Positions 1 through 12,503 of a DNA stretch of 64,000 nt are shown in pieces. The position numbers and the translations under genes were made by a program. Source of the stretch: Gracilinanus agilis (lineage: Eukaryota); assembly GCF_016433145.1 (NCBI RefSeq), contig NC_058132.1, positions 90,757,766-90,821,765 on the forward strand. Reading direction: 5' to 3'. Within the stretch, counting starts at the first letter, position 1. Every line of letters begins with the position of its first letter. The notes beneath the pieces were generated by a model. The model was not told where the DNA came from and did not search any database. It was given only the letters and a program-made list of their open reading frames with translations.

Positions 1-1415
1 CTCATTTTTCCAAAGTCTGTTCTTCAGTGCTAAACTGAAGTCTATTTCCTCTTTCAGATAATAGAAATAATATAGAGAAAGTATTCTTTTTCTCCAGGTT
101 AAATCTCCCCAGTTCCTTCACTCTCGTATGTCATGATTTCTCTCACCACCTTAGCGAGTCCCCTCACTACACTGGTTGCCTTCTCTGTACAAATGTAGTT
201 CTGATCACCTTTTATGAATGACTGACAAAATTAGGCAAAATGTTCCAAGTATCAAGGTGTGGTACAACAAAACTATGATGTCCATTGGTCAAGTTCAAGT
301 GTCACATACTATCCAAGGACTATTCTGATTCCCAGAGTTGTTAGTGGTATCTCCCCTCACTCAGTTACTTCTCTGTATATGTATCTCCAGTTAAAATGTA
401 AGTTCTTATAGGATACTTCTGTTTTTGTTTTGTTTTTATTTTTTTTTATCTTTTCTTGGAAATATCTAGCACTTTATTCTAGTGGCTGCTATATAATAAT
501 AAGGGCTTAATATATTAGGGTAAACATGATATAGATCCATAATTTTTTGGAGGGTGGGAGGTGGGTAGGGAACTCCTGGTATGGAAAACTTTATCCCCTA
601 ATATAGACCATCAAATCATCTATAAATTATAAAGTCCCTTTCAAAATAGAAAAATTTTTAAGTGATAGCATTCTGGATGTTATACCTATGTCAAACTATC
701 GAGTAACACTGATTTTACAGTCCATCCAAATGCCCAGGTCTTCTCCATGTTAACTACTTACCATTTCTCCCTCATATTTTACTTGAGCAGATGGTTGGGT
801 TTTTTTTAACTTTGTGTCCCTCCTCTAGATGTGTTCTGACTTAGATTCTTCTTTAAACATGGTGCCTAGAAGTGAACACAATACTCAGCCAAATCACTGA
901 CAGAGCAGGCTCCTACATTCACAACCCTGCATTAGAGAAAGAGGAGTACAGATCAAAACTCTTGCAGCTAGTATCAGTGCTAAAGAGTGACCAGAAAATA
1001 GGACTTAGAAAGCTAAAGATCTAGGGAAGGGTTTAGGCTCTGACTCTACCACTTACTAGCTAATTTTTTAATTTAAATTTATAAAAGAAAATTGATTCTA
1101 TGTTTCTCCCTCTATGAAATAATGGTATTAATATTTCTATTAACCTACCCCCCAAAGGGCTGCAGTGAGAAAAAATATGTGGACTCTAGAATCATATACA
1201 TATATATAACATTGCATATGTTATATATAATTATATGATCTAGTATGTTATATTATTATTTAGTTGTATGTTGTATAATTATGTGGAATTGCATATTATA
1301 AATATATTGCAGACACAGACACAGACATACTTTTTTTGGGATCTATAATTTTATTAGTGTAGGGAGCTCCAAGTAAGGAACTTTTTCTATCAGTACAAAT
1401 CAGAGGCATACTTAG

Positions 1416-1670
1416 GCAACTAGGTGGCACAGTGGTTAGAGCTGTGGAGTTGGAGGCAGATAGACTTGAGTTCAAATTCTGCCTCAGATACTTACTAGCC
1501 ATGTAACCATGAACAAGCCATTTAATGTTTGCCTGCCTCAGTTTCCTTATCTGTAAAGCAAGCATAATAATAGTGCCTATCTCCCAGATTTTCATGATGA
1601 TCAGATGAAATTATATTTGTAAATCCCTTAGTATAGTGTCTGGCACATAGTAAGTACTTAATGAATGCTT
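1416..1670 (+). mobile_element. MIR-like SINE (one of about 20 MIR/Ther-type fragments in the window)
   Basis: Full MIR-type head, core cctcagtttccttatctgtaaa and tail ggcacatagtaagtacttaat. Confidence 0.75.
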
Positions 1671-3800
1671 ATTAATTTAAAGATTATTTTTTTCAACTTA
1701 GTGCCTCAGGCAACTCTCTCATATAAAGAAGATAAAGTGGCTTGTCCTGGGTCATAGAGTTACTATATGGAAGAAGCAAATGTTGAATCCAGGTCATCTT
1801 GACTAAGACTTTGCTATATCCCTTCACCTCTCTGGAAGTCAGTTTCTTCACTCTTCAGAAGAGTGTTAGACAATGGTTCATCTCAAAGGTCTCTTTTCTG
1901 TCTGTGATTTTTACACTGATCCTGATTTCTTGAGCTATGTTCTATTCTCATGAAATAAGGGGATAATTAGGGAGAGGAAACTAAAATCAACCTGGTAACT
2001 CAGAAATCCCTGGAATATATTATTCTCTCAGCCAGATGGGAAAGATATCAGGGAAAACATGCCAGCACTCTGAATCCCTGGATTTTGTTCCTCTTTCCAA
2101 TTGTTTACTAAGAATTTAATATTTAGGTTTATTCCTTCTGTCTCTCAAATAATGATTCCTAGTACTATTTCCAGTATATGCTATATATTTATCCTTTTCT
2201 CCTAATTTTCCTGAATCATATTATGACTACAGTAGAGTGATTGCATATAGAGAGAACCATTTTAGAAGAGATCAGTGGATATCAGATGGGCTATTCTCCC
2301 AAGGAATCATGTTCTGAGAAACCATCATTTCCCAGATTACCTAGCTGGCCACAGGAACAGAGGCCACTATGATTGCCCAACAGATAAATTTAGAAATAAC
2401 TTGGCATTATGAACTGACTTAGAGGAAGTAGAATGTTTCTGGAGTTATAACTAGGATAAGACAGTCAGGGGTTTTCCCCAAACTCTGCTATCTAAGAGAA
2501 GGAGTAGAGGAAAGGAAGAGCAATCATTACCCTCTCTGCTATATTCCTGGAGAGCTTTGTAGAGGGATAAAATAGACCTAGGGAGAGGGCATAGAAAAGT
2601 GGTTACAGGCTAGGAAATTATGATGAAGTAAAGGACAAGCCACCCCACCTCCTAGTGAAACTGGACTTGAGACATAAGTATTTGATACTCTAGGATGGAT
2701 ATCTAACCCAGAAAGTACCTGGTCAGTAGAAACCAAAACTGTCCCCCTTCCCTAGACCAGGTAGTACCTCATTTCTTATACTTTGCTAAAGGTTAAGCTA
2801 AAATTCTCTATCTCCTCACAAAATAATCTTGTCCCTTCCCTTGAGAACCTTGGCCCCTATCACTGGAGCCTTTTGGGGCCCTTTATGGTCCTCTGAGATC
2901 CACAAAAGCAAACCTGCTCATTAAGGAACCACTTTCTTCTAACCAACACCATCTCATCTTCTACTATCCCAGCTATTTTCTTCAATGCTTATGGTAGAAG
3001 CTTCAATCGTTTTGGTTCCAAGTAGGGGAAGAAAAATTTAGTGAGAAAGTGCTGGTAATATGTTCCTATCTTTTGTGACATACCCTCATTTATCATAACA
3101 TTAGTGTCATTCTTTGTGATTTAACCCTTTAATTCTTGTAGACAATGTGCCTAAATTACAGCAAAATATTTTTAAATGAATGGATTACCTTTAAAAGAAG
3201 TGAGCTCTTCACCAAGAATCATTTTGAAGGTCATCTAGATAAGCTTCCTATCTACTTAGTAAATATTTATTAAGTGCCAGTCCCTGAAGATATGCATACA
3301 AGAAAAGAATGTAAGCTCCTTGAAAGTAGGGATGGCTTGAAACAGAGAAGAAAAGTACTTAAATATGTGCATATAGTACAAGCAACAATCAACCTACAAT
3401 TTCTTTCTCTCTGGCCTGAGGCTGAGGTGTTCACGGGTACCTGGATCCATACTAGTTGCCCAGAAAATGAAAGGAGACATGGTATAGTGGACCAAGAACT
3501 GGCATTGAAGTAAGGAAGATGCAGGTTCACATCTTGCCCATGACACTTGCTAAAAGCATTAATATGATCAAGTCACAAAACTTTTTAGTCTCAGTTTTCT
3601 TGTTTGTAAAATGAAATTAGAATAGATCAGAGGTATCAAAACACATGATCCACAGCCTGCATGTGGTCCAGAATATTCTCAAGTGCATACCAAATCAGAT
3701 TAAATTGGAAATATTAAAAATAAATAAAAATATAATAAAGCAGGTGACATTAATATGTGACTTCAAAGTTAGTATGTGACCTGCAGGGATACTTATATAT

Positions 3801-3993
3801 CAATGACTCCCAGAGTGGGCACCACCACCCCCTGGTGGGTGCTGCAGTGATCCAAGGGAACAGCGATGGCCACAGGTGCATTTATTTTTCCTATTAACTG
3901 TTATTAAATTTTTTTAAAAATTAATTTCCAGGAGGATAAATAATATTTTTTCTGGAAAGGTGGCAGTAGGCCAAAAAAGTTTGGGGAACACTG
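3801..3993 (+). mobile_element. ~192-bp Charlie-group hAT MITE, nested in an older MITE-like element (~3630-4040)
   Basis: TIR-like caatgactccca...tggggaacactg and perfect 8-bp TSD ttatatat (3793-3800; 3994-4001). Confidence 0.85.
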
Positions 3994-4485
3994 TTATATA
4001 TGATTTAATGGCCCCCATTTCTATCTGAGTCGACAGCATGGAACAGATGGCTTCATCTTCCTTGTCATCCAATTTAAGAACTATGCTCCAAAGGACTTAA
4101 CTTTTCATCACCCCCCCCAGTGGTCTGAGTGGTTGCCTCAGTTACCCACTACATTTAAATATGGCTCCAGCCATGCTTTACTCCACATCTTAGCTTCTGA
4201 CCTTGCTATCAGTTATACCTTTCTTTCCCTATCCTTTCCCAGTTTTGTGGCATAATTAAAAAAGCTATCATTGGTGCTGGAAATAGGCATCAATCTACTC
4301 TCCTAGATAGATATAGGGGATATGACTACACTCATCTCAGTAACAAAATATCCAAAATATTCACTCTTTTACTTTACAGCTATAGCTATTGTCTCCTACT
4401 ATTAACTCCTGACCTAAAAGCATTTACACTCTCTTTTCACCTTTGTATTTGTACCCCCAGCACTAAACATGGTACTTGGCACATG

Positions 4486-4760
4486 TTGCTATTTTTTTTG
4501 TGCCATTTAGTAGTGTCTGACTCTACATGACCCCGTGGACTTTGTCCATGGGGTTTTTTTCCCTTGGAGAAGATACTGGAGTTATTTACCACTTCCTTCT
4601 CCACTATGTTCCTATTTTACAGATGAGGAACAGAGAGACTAACAAAGTTAAGTGATTTGCCCAGGGTCACATAGCTATTAAGTTTATGAGGCTAGATTTG
4701 AACTCAGATATTCTTGACTATAGGCCCAGTGCTGTATCCGCTATGCCTCCTAACTGCCCC
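4486..4760 (-). mobile_element. MAR1-type SINE with RTE-derived tail
   Basis: gtgtctgactctacatgacccc...agatactggagt...cattttacagatgagg...ctaactgcccc. Confidence 0.75.
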
Positions 4761-5165
4761 TACTTGGCACATATTACATTATTAATAAATGCTTTTCAGT
4801 TTATTCATTTTAAAGCTATGACCCTATAAGTGAGCATCACTTTGACTCATAAAGTAGAACATGAGTCCTAAAGGGACCATTGAAGCAAACCTGTATAGTT
4901 CTTTTATGGTGATCCAAAGTTGGTACAGAAAGAAAATAGAACCTCATCATGATCTAGAGATAGCTCCGAATTCTTAACAGCAATGTTAGTCAGATGCCAA
5001 GCCCTGGAAAGGATTACCAAGTTAGTATGGGTTCAGTGGCAAGACAGCTAGTCTACAACACTGAATCATCACTGAGAGATTGACATGCAAGAAATAGCTT
5101 TTTCAGCTACCCATGAAGTCTGTCTATCAGTAAGTAGAAGTGATACAATCAGAATTAGTAAAGAA

Positions 5166-5345
5166 GGGTCCACTAGGTGGCTCAATGGATAGAGAGTCAG
5201 GCCTGAAGTCGAGAGGACCTGGGTTCAAATCTGGCCTCAGATACTTCCTAGCTATACTCTGGGCAAGTCATTCAACCCCCTTTGCTTAGCCAATGCCCTT
5301 CTGTCTTACAGTTGTTACTAAGAGGGAAGATAAGGATTTGGAAAA
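5166..5345 (+). mobile_element. SINE (MAR1/SINE1-type)
   Basis: ctaggtggctcaatggatagagag...gggttcaaatctggcctcagatacttcc. Confidence 0.8.
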
Positions 5346-5852
5346 GGAAATTAGTGGAGAACTGAAAAGACACTTGAAATACTAAATAAGTACCACCTCT
5401 GAATCTGGACTATGGGAAGAGGAAGACAGCACAGTAGAGCAAGAGGATCACTGGATTTGGAGGCAAAAACTGTGAGTTTTTGTCCTGGCTCTGCAACTTA
5501 TTAATTGTACGTGACCATGAAATCTCCTTCCTCTTATGGAAAAGGGAACTCTCAGAAAGATTAATATTGTACCATATACCACATAAAGTTGTGAAGAAAG
5601 TACTAGACAAATTTGAGCCATGATTAGAGTTATCATGACTCCCTAGTACTATTCAATGTTAGTGTTCCTATCTCCTATAATTGTCATGTTCAAAGAGGTC
5701 TAAAGAAGGAAGTGAAGGACCTTAAAATGAAGTGACCCTCCTATGACTTTCCCACAGTACTTTCAATATTTCCTTCATTAATTATATTTTTAAAAAATAT
5801 ATAGCCCAACAGACTTGGGGGGCTAGAAGAACCAGGAAGACTTTCTTTGTGA

Positions 5853-5881
5853 TTTTTTTTTTTTTTTTGCTGCTTTCACAG
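5853..5881 (+). promoter_or_regulatory. Splice acceptor upstream of the OR52I coding exon
   Basis: Long T tract followed by gctgctttcacAG (AG at 5880-5881), 16 nt before the ATG; typical OR layout with a non-coding upstream exon. Confidence 0.65.
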
Positions 5882-5897
5882 GAAAAGTTCCCAAGAG

Positions 5898-6860
5898 ATG
5901 TTAGAATTGACATCCAACTATACATCACCTTCCACTACATTTTTCCTCATGGGCATCCCAGGCCTAGAAGTGACTCACCTCTGGTTGTTGGCTCCACTAA
6001 GCACCATGTATGTTATGGCATTGGTGGGGAACAGCCTCATTCTAACAGTGATCTGGGTTGACCCTGCCTTACATGAACCCATGTATTACTTCCTGTGTAT
6101 CCTGGCTCTAGTGGACATTGTTATGGCAACTTCTGTGGTTCCCAAGATGCTGAACATCTTCTGGTCAGGCAATGGCATTATTGGCTTTGCTGCTTGCTTC
6201 ACTCAGATGTATGTTGTCCATGCAGCCACAGCTGTGGAGACGGGGCTTTTATTGGCCATGGCCTTTGACCGGTATGTGGCCATCTGCAAACCCCTGCACT
6301 ATCAGACCATCCTCACACAACAAACAATGCTAGGGATAAGCATGGCCATTGTCCTTAGGGCTACCACATTCATGACACCTCTGAGCTGGATGGTGAGTCA
6401 CCTGCCCTTTTGCGGCTCTCTGATGGTTCCTCATTCATACTGTGAACACATGGCTGTGGCCAAGCTGGGATGTGCTGACCATATGCCAAGCAACCTCTAC
6501 AGCCTAATTGGCTCCTCAATCATTGTTGGCATTGACGTGGTCTTCATTGCTACCTCCTATAGCCGGATCCTTCAGGCTGTATTCCGTCTCTCCTGCCGGG
6601 ATGCCCAGCTCAAGGCACTAAGCACATGTGGCTCCCATGTTGGAGTTATGGCCCTCTATTACCTACCAGGGATGGTTTCGATCTATGTAGCCTGGTTTGG
6701 ACAGGACCTGGTCCCCCTTCCTGTCCAGGTCCTACTGGCTGACTTCTATCTGGTTATTCCACCCACTCTGAACCCTCTCATCTACGGCTTAAGGACAAAG
6801 CAGATCCGTGATCGGGGATGGAGCATTCTGAAGAGCCGCCTCCCTGGCCAAGCCAACTAA
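5898..6860 (+). CDS. OR52I1-like: Class I olfactory receptor, OR52I subfamily, intact (320 aa)
   Basis: Single-exon ORF from ATG 5898 with OR motifs LHEPMY, MAFDRYVAIC, SYCEHMAV, KALSTCGSH, PPTLNPLIY and N-terminal NYT sequon. OR52I-diagnostic segments TPLSWMVSHLPFCGS, SSLYSLIGSS-like and GVMALYYLPGM..IY.AW.GQD are present. Confidence 0.93.
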   Translation: MLELTSNYTSPSTTFFLMGIPGLEVTHLWLLAPLSTMYVMALVGNSLILTVIWVDPALHEPMYYFLCILALVDIVMATSVVPKMLNIFWSGNGIIGFAACFTQMYVVHAATAVETGLLLAMAFDRYVAICKPLHYQTILTQQTMLGISMAIVLRATTFMTPLSWMVSHLPFCGSLMVPHSYCEHMAVAKLGCADHMPSNLYSLIGSSIIVGIDVVFIATSYSRILQAVFRLSCRDAQLKALSTCGSHVGVMALYYLPGMVSIYVAWFGQDLVPLPVQVLLADFYLVIPPTLNPLIYGLRTKQIRDRGWSILKSRLPGQAN

Positions 6861-7473
6861 AATTCCTATACAAAATGGAATTCACAGAGATCTTAAGCAA
6901 AGATACCTCATTTGAAACAAGAACAAGGTTGATGTATGAATAAGTTCAAACCAACTAGAACCTCAGTGATAGGAGAAAGATATTATGTGATTTCACCTTC
7001 TGACTTCACTTATCAGGACTTTAATTATTACTTCTATCTGAATGACTTTTTTCTCACTTTGAAGTCTTGACCTTTCTTCATTGCTAGATACATGCTGGAC
7101 ACTTCTACCTAGATGTTCTGTTGGGACCTCAAAAATTAACTAAATATGAACTCCCTCAGAAGAAGTAAGCTCCCCAGCTTCATTCCCCACCTCTTTCTAT
7201 TGATGGTATCACCATTAACCACTGTTTCCCTTAATTAAGCTAGAAATATTTCAGAGTACAAATGTCTGATCAATTTTCACTAAGACTTTGCATTGATAAC
7301 ACAATGAAATGCCTAATTCTAGAATTCAAGGCCATCTACTTTCTGGCTACAACTTACCTTTCAAAGTAAATTTCATAGTACTTCCCTTTTTTCACCCTGC
7401 TCTCTAAGTTTTTACTCTGCTTCAAAATCTCTCCTGAGTCCATGCCTTTCTTTATTTATGGCATCATCTATAA

Positions 7474-7562
7474 TTGTGTGTGTGTATGTGTGTATGTGTG
7501 TGTGTCTGTCTGTCTCTCTCTGTCTCTCTCTATCTCTCTGTCTCTCTCTGTCTCTCTGTCTC
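7474..7562. repeat. Compound (TG)n/(TC)n microsatellite
   Basis: Directly visible. Confidence 0.95.
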
Positions 7563-8466
7563 TTTCCTCTTTCAATCTTTCCTAGGTTCAAGGTCTTCTT
7601 TAGGGGATACCTATTCCACGATTCTGTTACAGTTGCAGAGTGATGACTGATGGGGCTGTCACAAGAATGAAGACACAGACTACATCCATGGCAGGAAGCA
7701 TAGCTTTATTGGGTGCAATAGTTAAGTCCAGTCGAAGCAGTGGCATGGTCCAGGGCAATGGGAAAATCCCAGGCAATGGGAAAAATGTCTCTACAGGGAT
7801 TCACGTTTCTAGATTTACTGAGGGTCTGGGGGATTGCCTCCTCCCATCCTTGGAAACTCTCCACCTTTCATCAGAATGTTTCTTCCCTGGATGTTCCGGG
7901 TGCATTCCAGGCTACAAAATGGGCACTGAGAATGTGGGTACTTTTTCAGGTGGAGGTGTTTTAAGCATCTACACATCATAAGGTGAACTTTAGGGCACCA
8001 AAAAGAAAAGGATCGTGCACAAGGTTTAATTTCCTCTAATAATGAAGATTTTTTCACTTATTTGCAAAGATCCCTAGTGCACATGTGTAATATTCCCTCC
8101 CATGTTCTACTTAATATCTCTTGTCAGTCATCAAGATATCTCTGGTACCTCCTCTATAGGCTTAGAATGTTAGGCAAGCTCTTATAAGCTGGGAGAAGGC
8201 ACAGAGAAAACACAGGATGGCATATATATTTTTTACATTCTAATTTGCAAAAATTGCCACTAGTAAAAGCCTATGATGTTAAAGCACCAGGTCCTTCTTC
8301 ATCACTGCTCAACCCCTCCCACCATTGCTCACCCCCCCCATCAATTACTTCTTTGAATTCTTTTCCTACCTCTTGAATTGACAAGATCAAGAGATCAGAT
8401 AGAATGACCTACATCATTTTCTTACTTGCTCTATAGTTTCTTTAATACAATTCTCCATTCTCCACC

Positions 8467-8645
8467 TTTTTTTAAACCCTTACCTTCCGTCTCAGAATAA
8501 AGGTAAATGAGTGGTAAGGGCTAGGCAATGAGGGTGATTGACTCAGGGTCACATAGCTAGGAAGTATCTGATACCAGATTTGAACCCAGGACACTCACAT
8601 TTCTAGTTCTGGTTTTCAATCCACTGACCTACCTAAGTTCACCCT
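8467..8645 (-). mobile_element. Older SINE1/MAR1-type SINE
   Basis: Reverse copy, more diverged. Confidence 0.75.
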
Positions 8646-10634
8646 CTCGATACTCTTTTGAAGATGATTTAGAGTTAAATGCTTGTCAATGCCTCAAAAG
8701 TTTAATATTAGGAGAGAAAAAGGCATGTCCATCAAAAAATTTGAGGACCCCCCAAAAAAAAAAGACTAGCTCTCCAGAAGCTCTATGTGGTACATATATT
8801 TCTGAATGGATCCATGATATTAAAGCCTATTTTATACTAAATTCAGAGTTGTGTTTTACCCTGATGACATGAGTTTTCCTCACTAATCCTCACAATTCTC
8901 TGCATTTCCCTACTCTCCCTCACAGATATTGAGAGTATTGGTGGGAGAATGAACTCTGGGTTTATATGTAGGATGTGATATTGAGCACCTGGGATGTTAT
9001 TATTAGAATGTTTTTCCCTCATTGTTAAAGAGATGATTATGTTTGAGACCTAATGAGGTCATCATCATCAACAGCTAATAACTGATTTTGGTGGAATTAT
9101 GGAATTATGCCAGTGGAGGCTTAAGATCAAATACTGGTGAGTACTACATTGTTACAACCACGGACTCTGAAAAATTCGAGTTAAGGTGAATGATGGTAAA
9201 TCATTCCTGAGAATATAGACTTAATAGTGGTGGGTGAGCCAGATCAGTGAGAGAGCCCATACCCCATGCATTGGGTTACATTGGAGAGATCCATGTAAGA
9301 AAGCATACCATGCTCTCATACATTTGTAAAGGGGGAGGGAGTAGTATTGCAATAATTTTGGAGTCAGGTGAGACCTGTGGCTGACTCTTTCCTCCAAGGT
9401 TTACCAAGTGTGTGACCAATGACAAGTCACTTAACCACTTCAGCCTGAGTTTCTCTATCTATAAAGTTGTGCAATAATATCATCCACATCAGAGTGTGTT
9501 ATGGTGAGGATCAACTGATATAATATGAGAAAAGAACAATGCAAACTTGAAAGCCTAATATAAGAGTCAGCCAATATTACAATGACCTCTGACATCTCTT
9601 CAGGCTTCAGATTTTATACTTAAGGGATCATAGTCCTCAACTGGTTATCTGGATGTGGGGATAGAAGGAGTAGGGGGAAAAGAATGAATCATCTGGAGAA
9701 AATCGAGAATATGAATCCTCAAATTCTACCTTCTCAAATGGCTATTTCCTAGGGGGATTCGGGGAATCTTTTTCCTTCTGGGACTTTTCTTAGTGGTTAG
9801 GGAGGGAAGAAAGGAACCAAAGGATACTTAATCTGATAGCCTGACTTCCTGAGAATCACTCTGTCAAGCCCTATCCTGAAGAAGGTGACTGACCTTGCCT
9901 ATGCAAGGTTTCAACCAGTATTACACATTGATAACTAGAATAACATAATTCAAAGAGCTTCATACTTAATGTCAGGAATGGCTTGGGTTCTAATCTTGTC
10001 AATGTGGGATCATGGCAAGTCACTTAAACTCTGGAATGCCCAAATTCCTTATCTCTAAAATGTGTATAACAATACCTATCATGCCTACCTCACAGAGTTG
10101 TCATGTGGATCCAAGGAGATGATGCACATGATTTTTCAAAATCTTGAATTTCTCCTCAGCCTGATGAAAGGCCAGATCCAAACAGGGTGCTAATACATGG
10201 GACTCTATGCAAAGAGTAATTATAGAATCATAGCTTTAGAACCCTAGACTCCTTAAATCTTGCAGTGGTACACTTTACAACAAGATGTATTTCAAGGTTC
10301 TTCTAATGAGCAAACTCCCTTAGAGTTGAGTTAGGTTGACAAAAGGATACTTAATTCCCTATCCCCTTCCTAAGAGAAGTAGCCTGTTCCTAGCAATGAA
10401 CAATACATTATGGATGACTGATTCATATCATTGATTCTCCTTCGTAAGTGGAGAAACTGAAACCAGGTCCAAAAGGTGGTCTAGGATATCATGTATAGAG
10501 TAGCTTAGCTTAAATTCTTCTTCTTGTAATTCTTTGGAGAAGGGTCCATTGAGATACCTGAACTTATTTTGTTATTAGAGTTAGAGGAAGGAGCAAAAGG
10601 AAACCTTATTCTGTAGAAACTCCAAACTTTCCTG

Positions 10635-10745
10635 TTTTAATCAATTTCCCTTTATCCACCTTACTCATAAACATATAACCTATTTTAATTCAGAGAAACT
10701 ATTTTAATCAACTTCCCTTTATCAGCCTTACTCATAAACATATAA
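10635..10745 (+). repeat. ~45-bp direct repeat
   Basis: ttttaatcaa.ttccc(t)ttatc..ccttactcataaacatataa occurs twice, about 67 bp apart. Confidence 0.85.
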
Positions 10746-10786
10746 ACTCAGGTTGTTAGGGTTGGAAATGCCTTAGAGCAGGGATG

Positions 10787-11180
10787 TCAAACTTGGCATC
10801 TGCTGGCCAATTCCTCAGAAGACCAGCAAAATTTTTGCCCAAACCAGATTAAAATATAATTTGGAATTGTTTAAACAAAATAAATTAAAATACATCATAA
10901 ATAATGTTACTTTGTGGTTTTCACAGTTGAGACTTGTTTTTATTTTTAAATGACATCTTTATCTTATATAATACAAACCTCTCTCAAACTCAGGGCCTGG
11001 TGGCCTATTCCTTACAAGACCAGCAAAAATTTTGCCCAAACCAGATTAAAATATAATTGGGAATTGTGTAAACAAAATAAATTTAAATACATCATAAATA
11101 ATGTCTTTGTGGTTTTTACAGTCAAGAGACTTATTTTTATTTTTAAATGACATCTTTATCTTATATAATCCAAACCTCTC
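10787..11180 (+). repeat. Tandem duplication, ~197-bp period, two copies
   Basis: Both units carry gaccagcaaaa..tttgcccaaaccagattaaaatataat...tttttaaatgacatctttatcttatataat.caaacctctc; unit 1 begins inside a cagggatgtcaaac MITE end. Confidence 0.9.
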
Positions 11181-11561
11181 CCCTCTTTTTACAGCTGATT
11201 TCTCTTCCATTCCACTTTCCTTTGGCACAAACGAACCTGTATATATGATCTTCATGTTCACCCATTTCTATTTCTCTCCATTTTTGTCAGGCCCTGAGAA
11301 TGTGTGGCTCTCAGATCCTAAAATGGGAGCTCCTCTGATATGGGATATCAGTGTCCCATTCAAATGAGTATTCCTCAAGGTCAGAGTCATAAGAACACGT
11401 TCTTCCCCTGAGCTGCCAGAGGATGTTTCCTGAGGATGGGCCTCTCTTGGTTTTTTTCCCCATTAGCACAGGCCATGTCTCCCCTTTAGACACAGAGTCT
11501 TATGTCTCTAGTTACTCTTATAGGAGGCAAATGAGAGCAGAGATGTGAACAAATTTTAGCC

Positions 11562-12503
11562 CTAAACTGGACCCCTCTGGAGCAGTCGCAGTGCTCCATC
11601 CCGGATCTGTTTGGTCTTCATGCCATAAATAATGGGGTTCAGCATAGGGGGCACCACAAGGTACAGATCCGCCAAGAGTATATGCACATGGTGCGGCACA
11701 TGCTGCCCAAACCTCTGTGTATAAAAAGAAAAAAGACCCGGAGTATAAAAAAGCAAGATGACACCAAGGTGCGAACCACACGTTCCGAAGGTCTTGGCCC
11801 GAGCCTCCTTGGAGGAAAGCGCTAGCACTGCCCGCAGGATGAGGGCGTAGGAGATGGCGATGCAGACGGAATCCGTGCCCACAACCAGCGTTGCTGCGGT
11901 GATGCCGTAGACGTTGTTCACACGGGTGTCGCCGCAGGCTAGCTTCACCACCGCCATGTGTTCGCAGTAAGAGTGAGCGATGACCCAGCCGCAGTAACGC
12001 AGCCGCCCCAGGAGGCAGGTGAGCGGAGTCATGAGCCCCAGACCCCGCAACACAGCCGCCATGCCCATGCGGCCCACAGTCCCCAGAGGCAACAGGGTGC
12101 CGTAGTGCAACGGACGGCAGATGGCCACGTAGCGATCGATGGCCATGGCCAACAAGATGCCCGACTCCACGGCTGAAAAGCCATGAATGAAGAACATCTG
12201 CGCAGCACACGCCCCGAAGGTGATGTCAGAGACTCCTGCCCAAAAGAGAGCAAGCATCCTGGGCACTGTGGAGGTGCAGAGGACCAGGTCGAGGGCGGAG
12301 AGCATGCAGAGAAAGAGGTACATGGGCTGGTGCAGCCCTGGCTCTATCCAGACCACCAACAGCACAAACACGTTTCCCAGGACAGCCAGGATGTACATGG
12401 AGCAGAATGGGAACGCGATCCAGAAGTGGGAGGCCTCCAGGCCTGGGACACCCATTAGGATGAAGGAAGTAGGATGGAGATGACTGCAGTTATTTGGTGT
12501 CAT
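11562..12503 (-). CDS. Class I olfactory receptor, OR52 family, subfamily unassigned, intact (313 aa from ATG 12503)
   Basis: ORF with LHQPMY, MAIDRYVAIC, SYCEHMAVVKLACGD, KTFGTCGSH, PPMLNPIIY and NCS sequon. The ORF track start at 12575 is a GTG; the first in-frame ATG is 12503 (gccATG). Confidence 0.92.
   Translation of the reverse strand: MTPNNCSHLHPTSFILMGVPGLEASHFWIAFPFCSMYILAVLGNVFVLLVVWIEPGLHQPMYLFLCMLSALDLVLCTSTVPRMLALFWAGVSDITFGACAAQMFFIHGFSAVESGILLAMAIDRYVAICRPLHYGTLLPLGTVGRMGMAAVLRGLGLMTPLTCLLGRLRYCGWVIAHSYCEHMAVVKLACGDTRVNNVYGITAATLVVGTDSVCIAISYALILRAVLALSSKEARAKTFGTCGSHLGVILLFYTPGLFSFYTQRFGQHVPHHVHILLADLYLVVPPMLNPIIYGMKTKQIRDGALRLLQRGPV

Noticed and set aside
7626-7981. 113-aa ORF and short gcaatgggaaaa repeat
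   Set aside because: No protein homology recognised. It looks like an LTR-type fragment (AATAAA on the minus strand), but no TSD was found, so it is not called.
11518-12210. 230-aa alternative-frame ORF overlapping the CpG-rich OR
   Set aside because: Starts at GTG, has no recognisable domain, and long off-frame ORFs are expected in GC-rich coding sequence.
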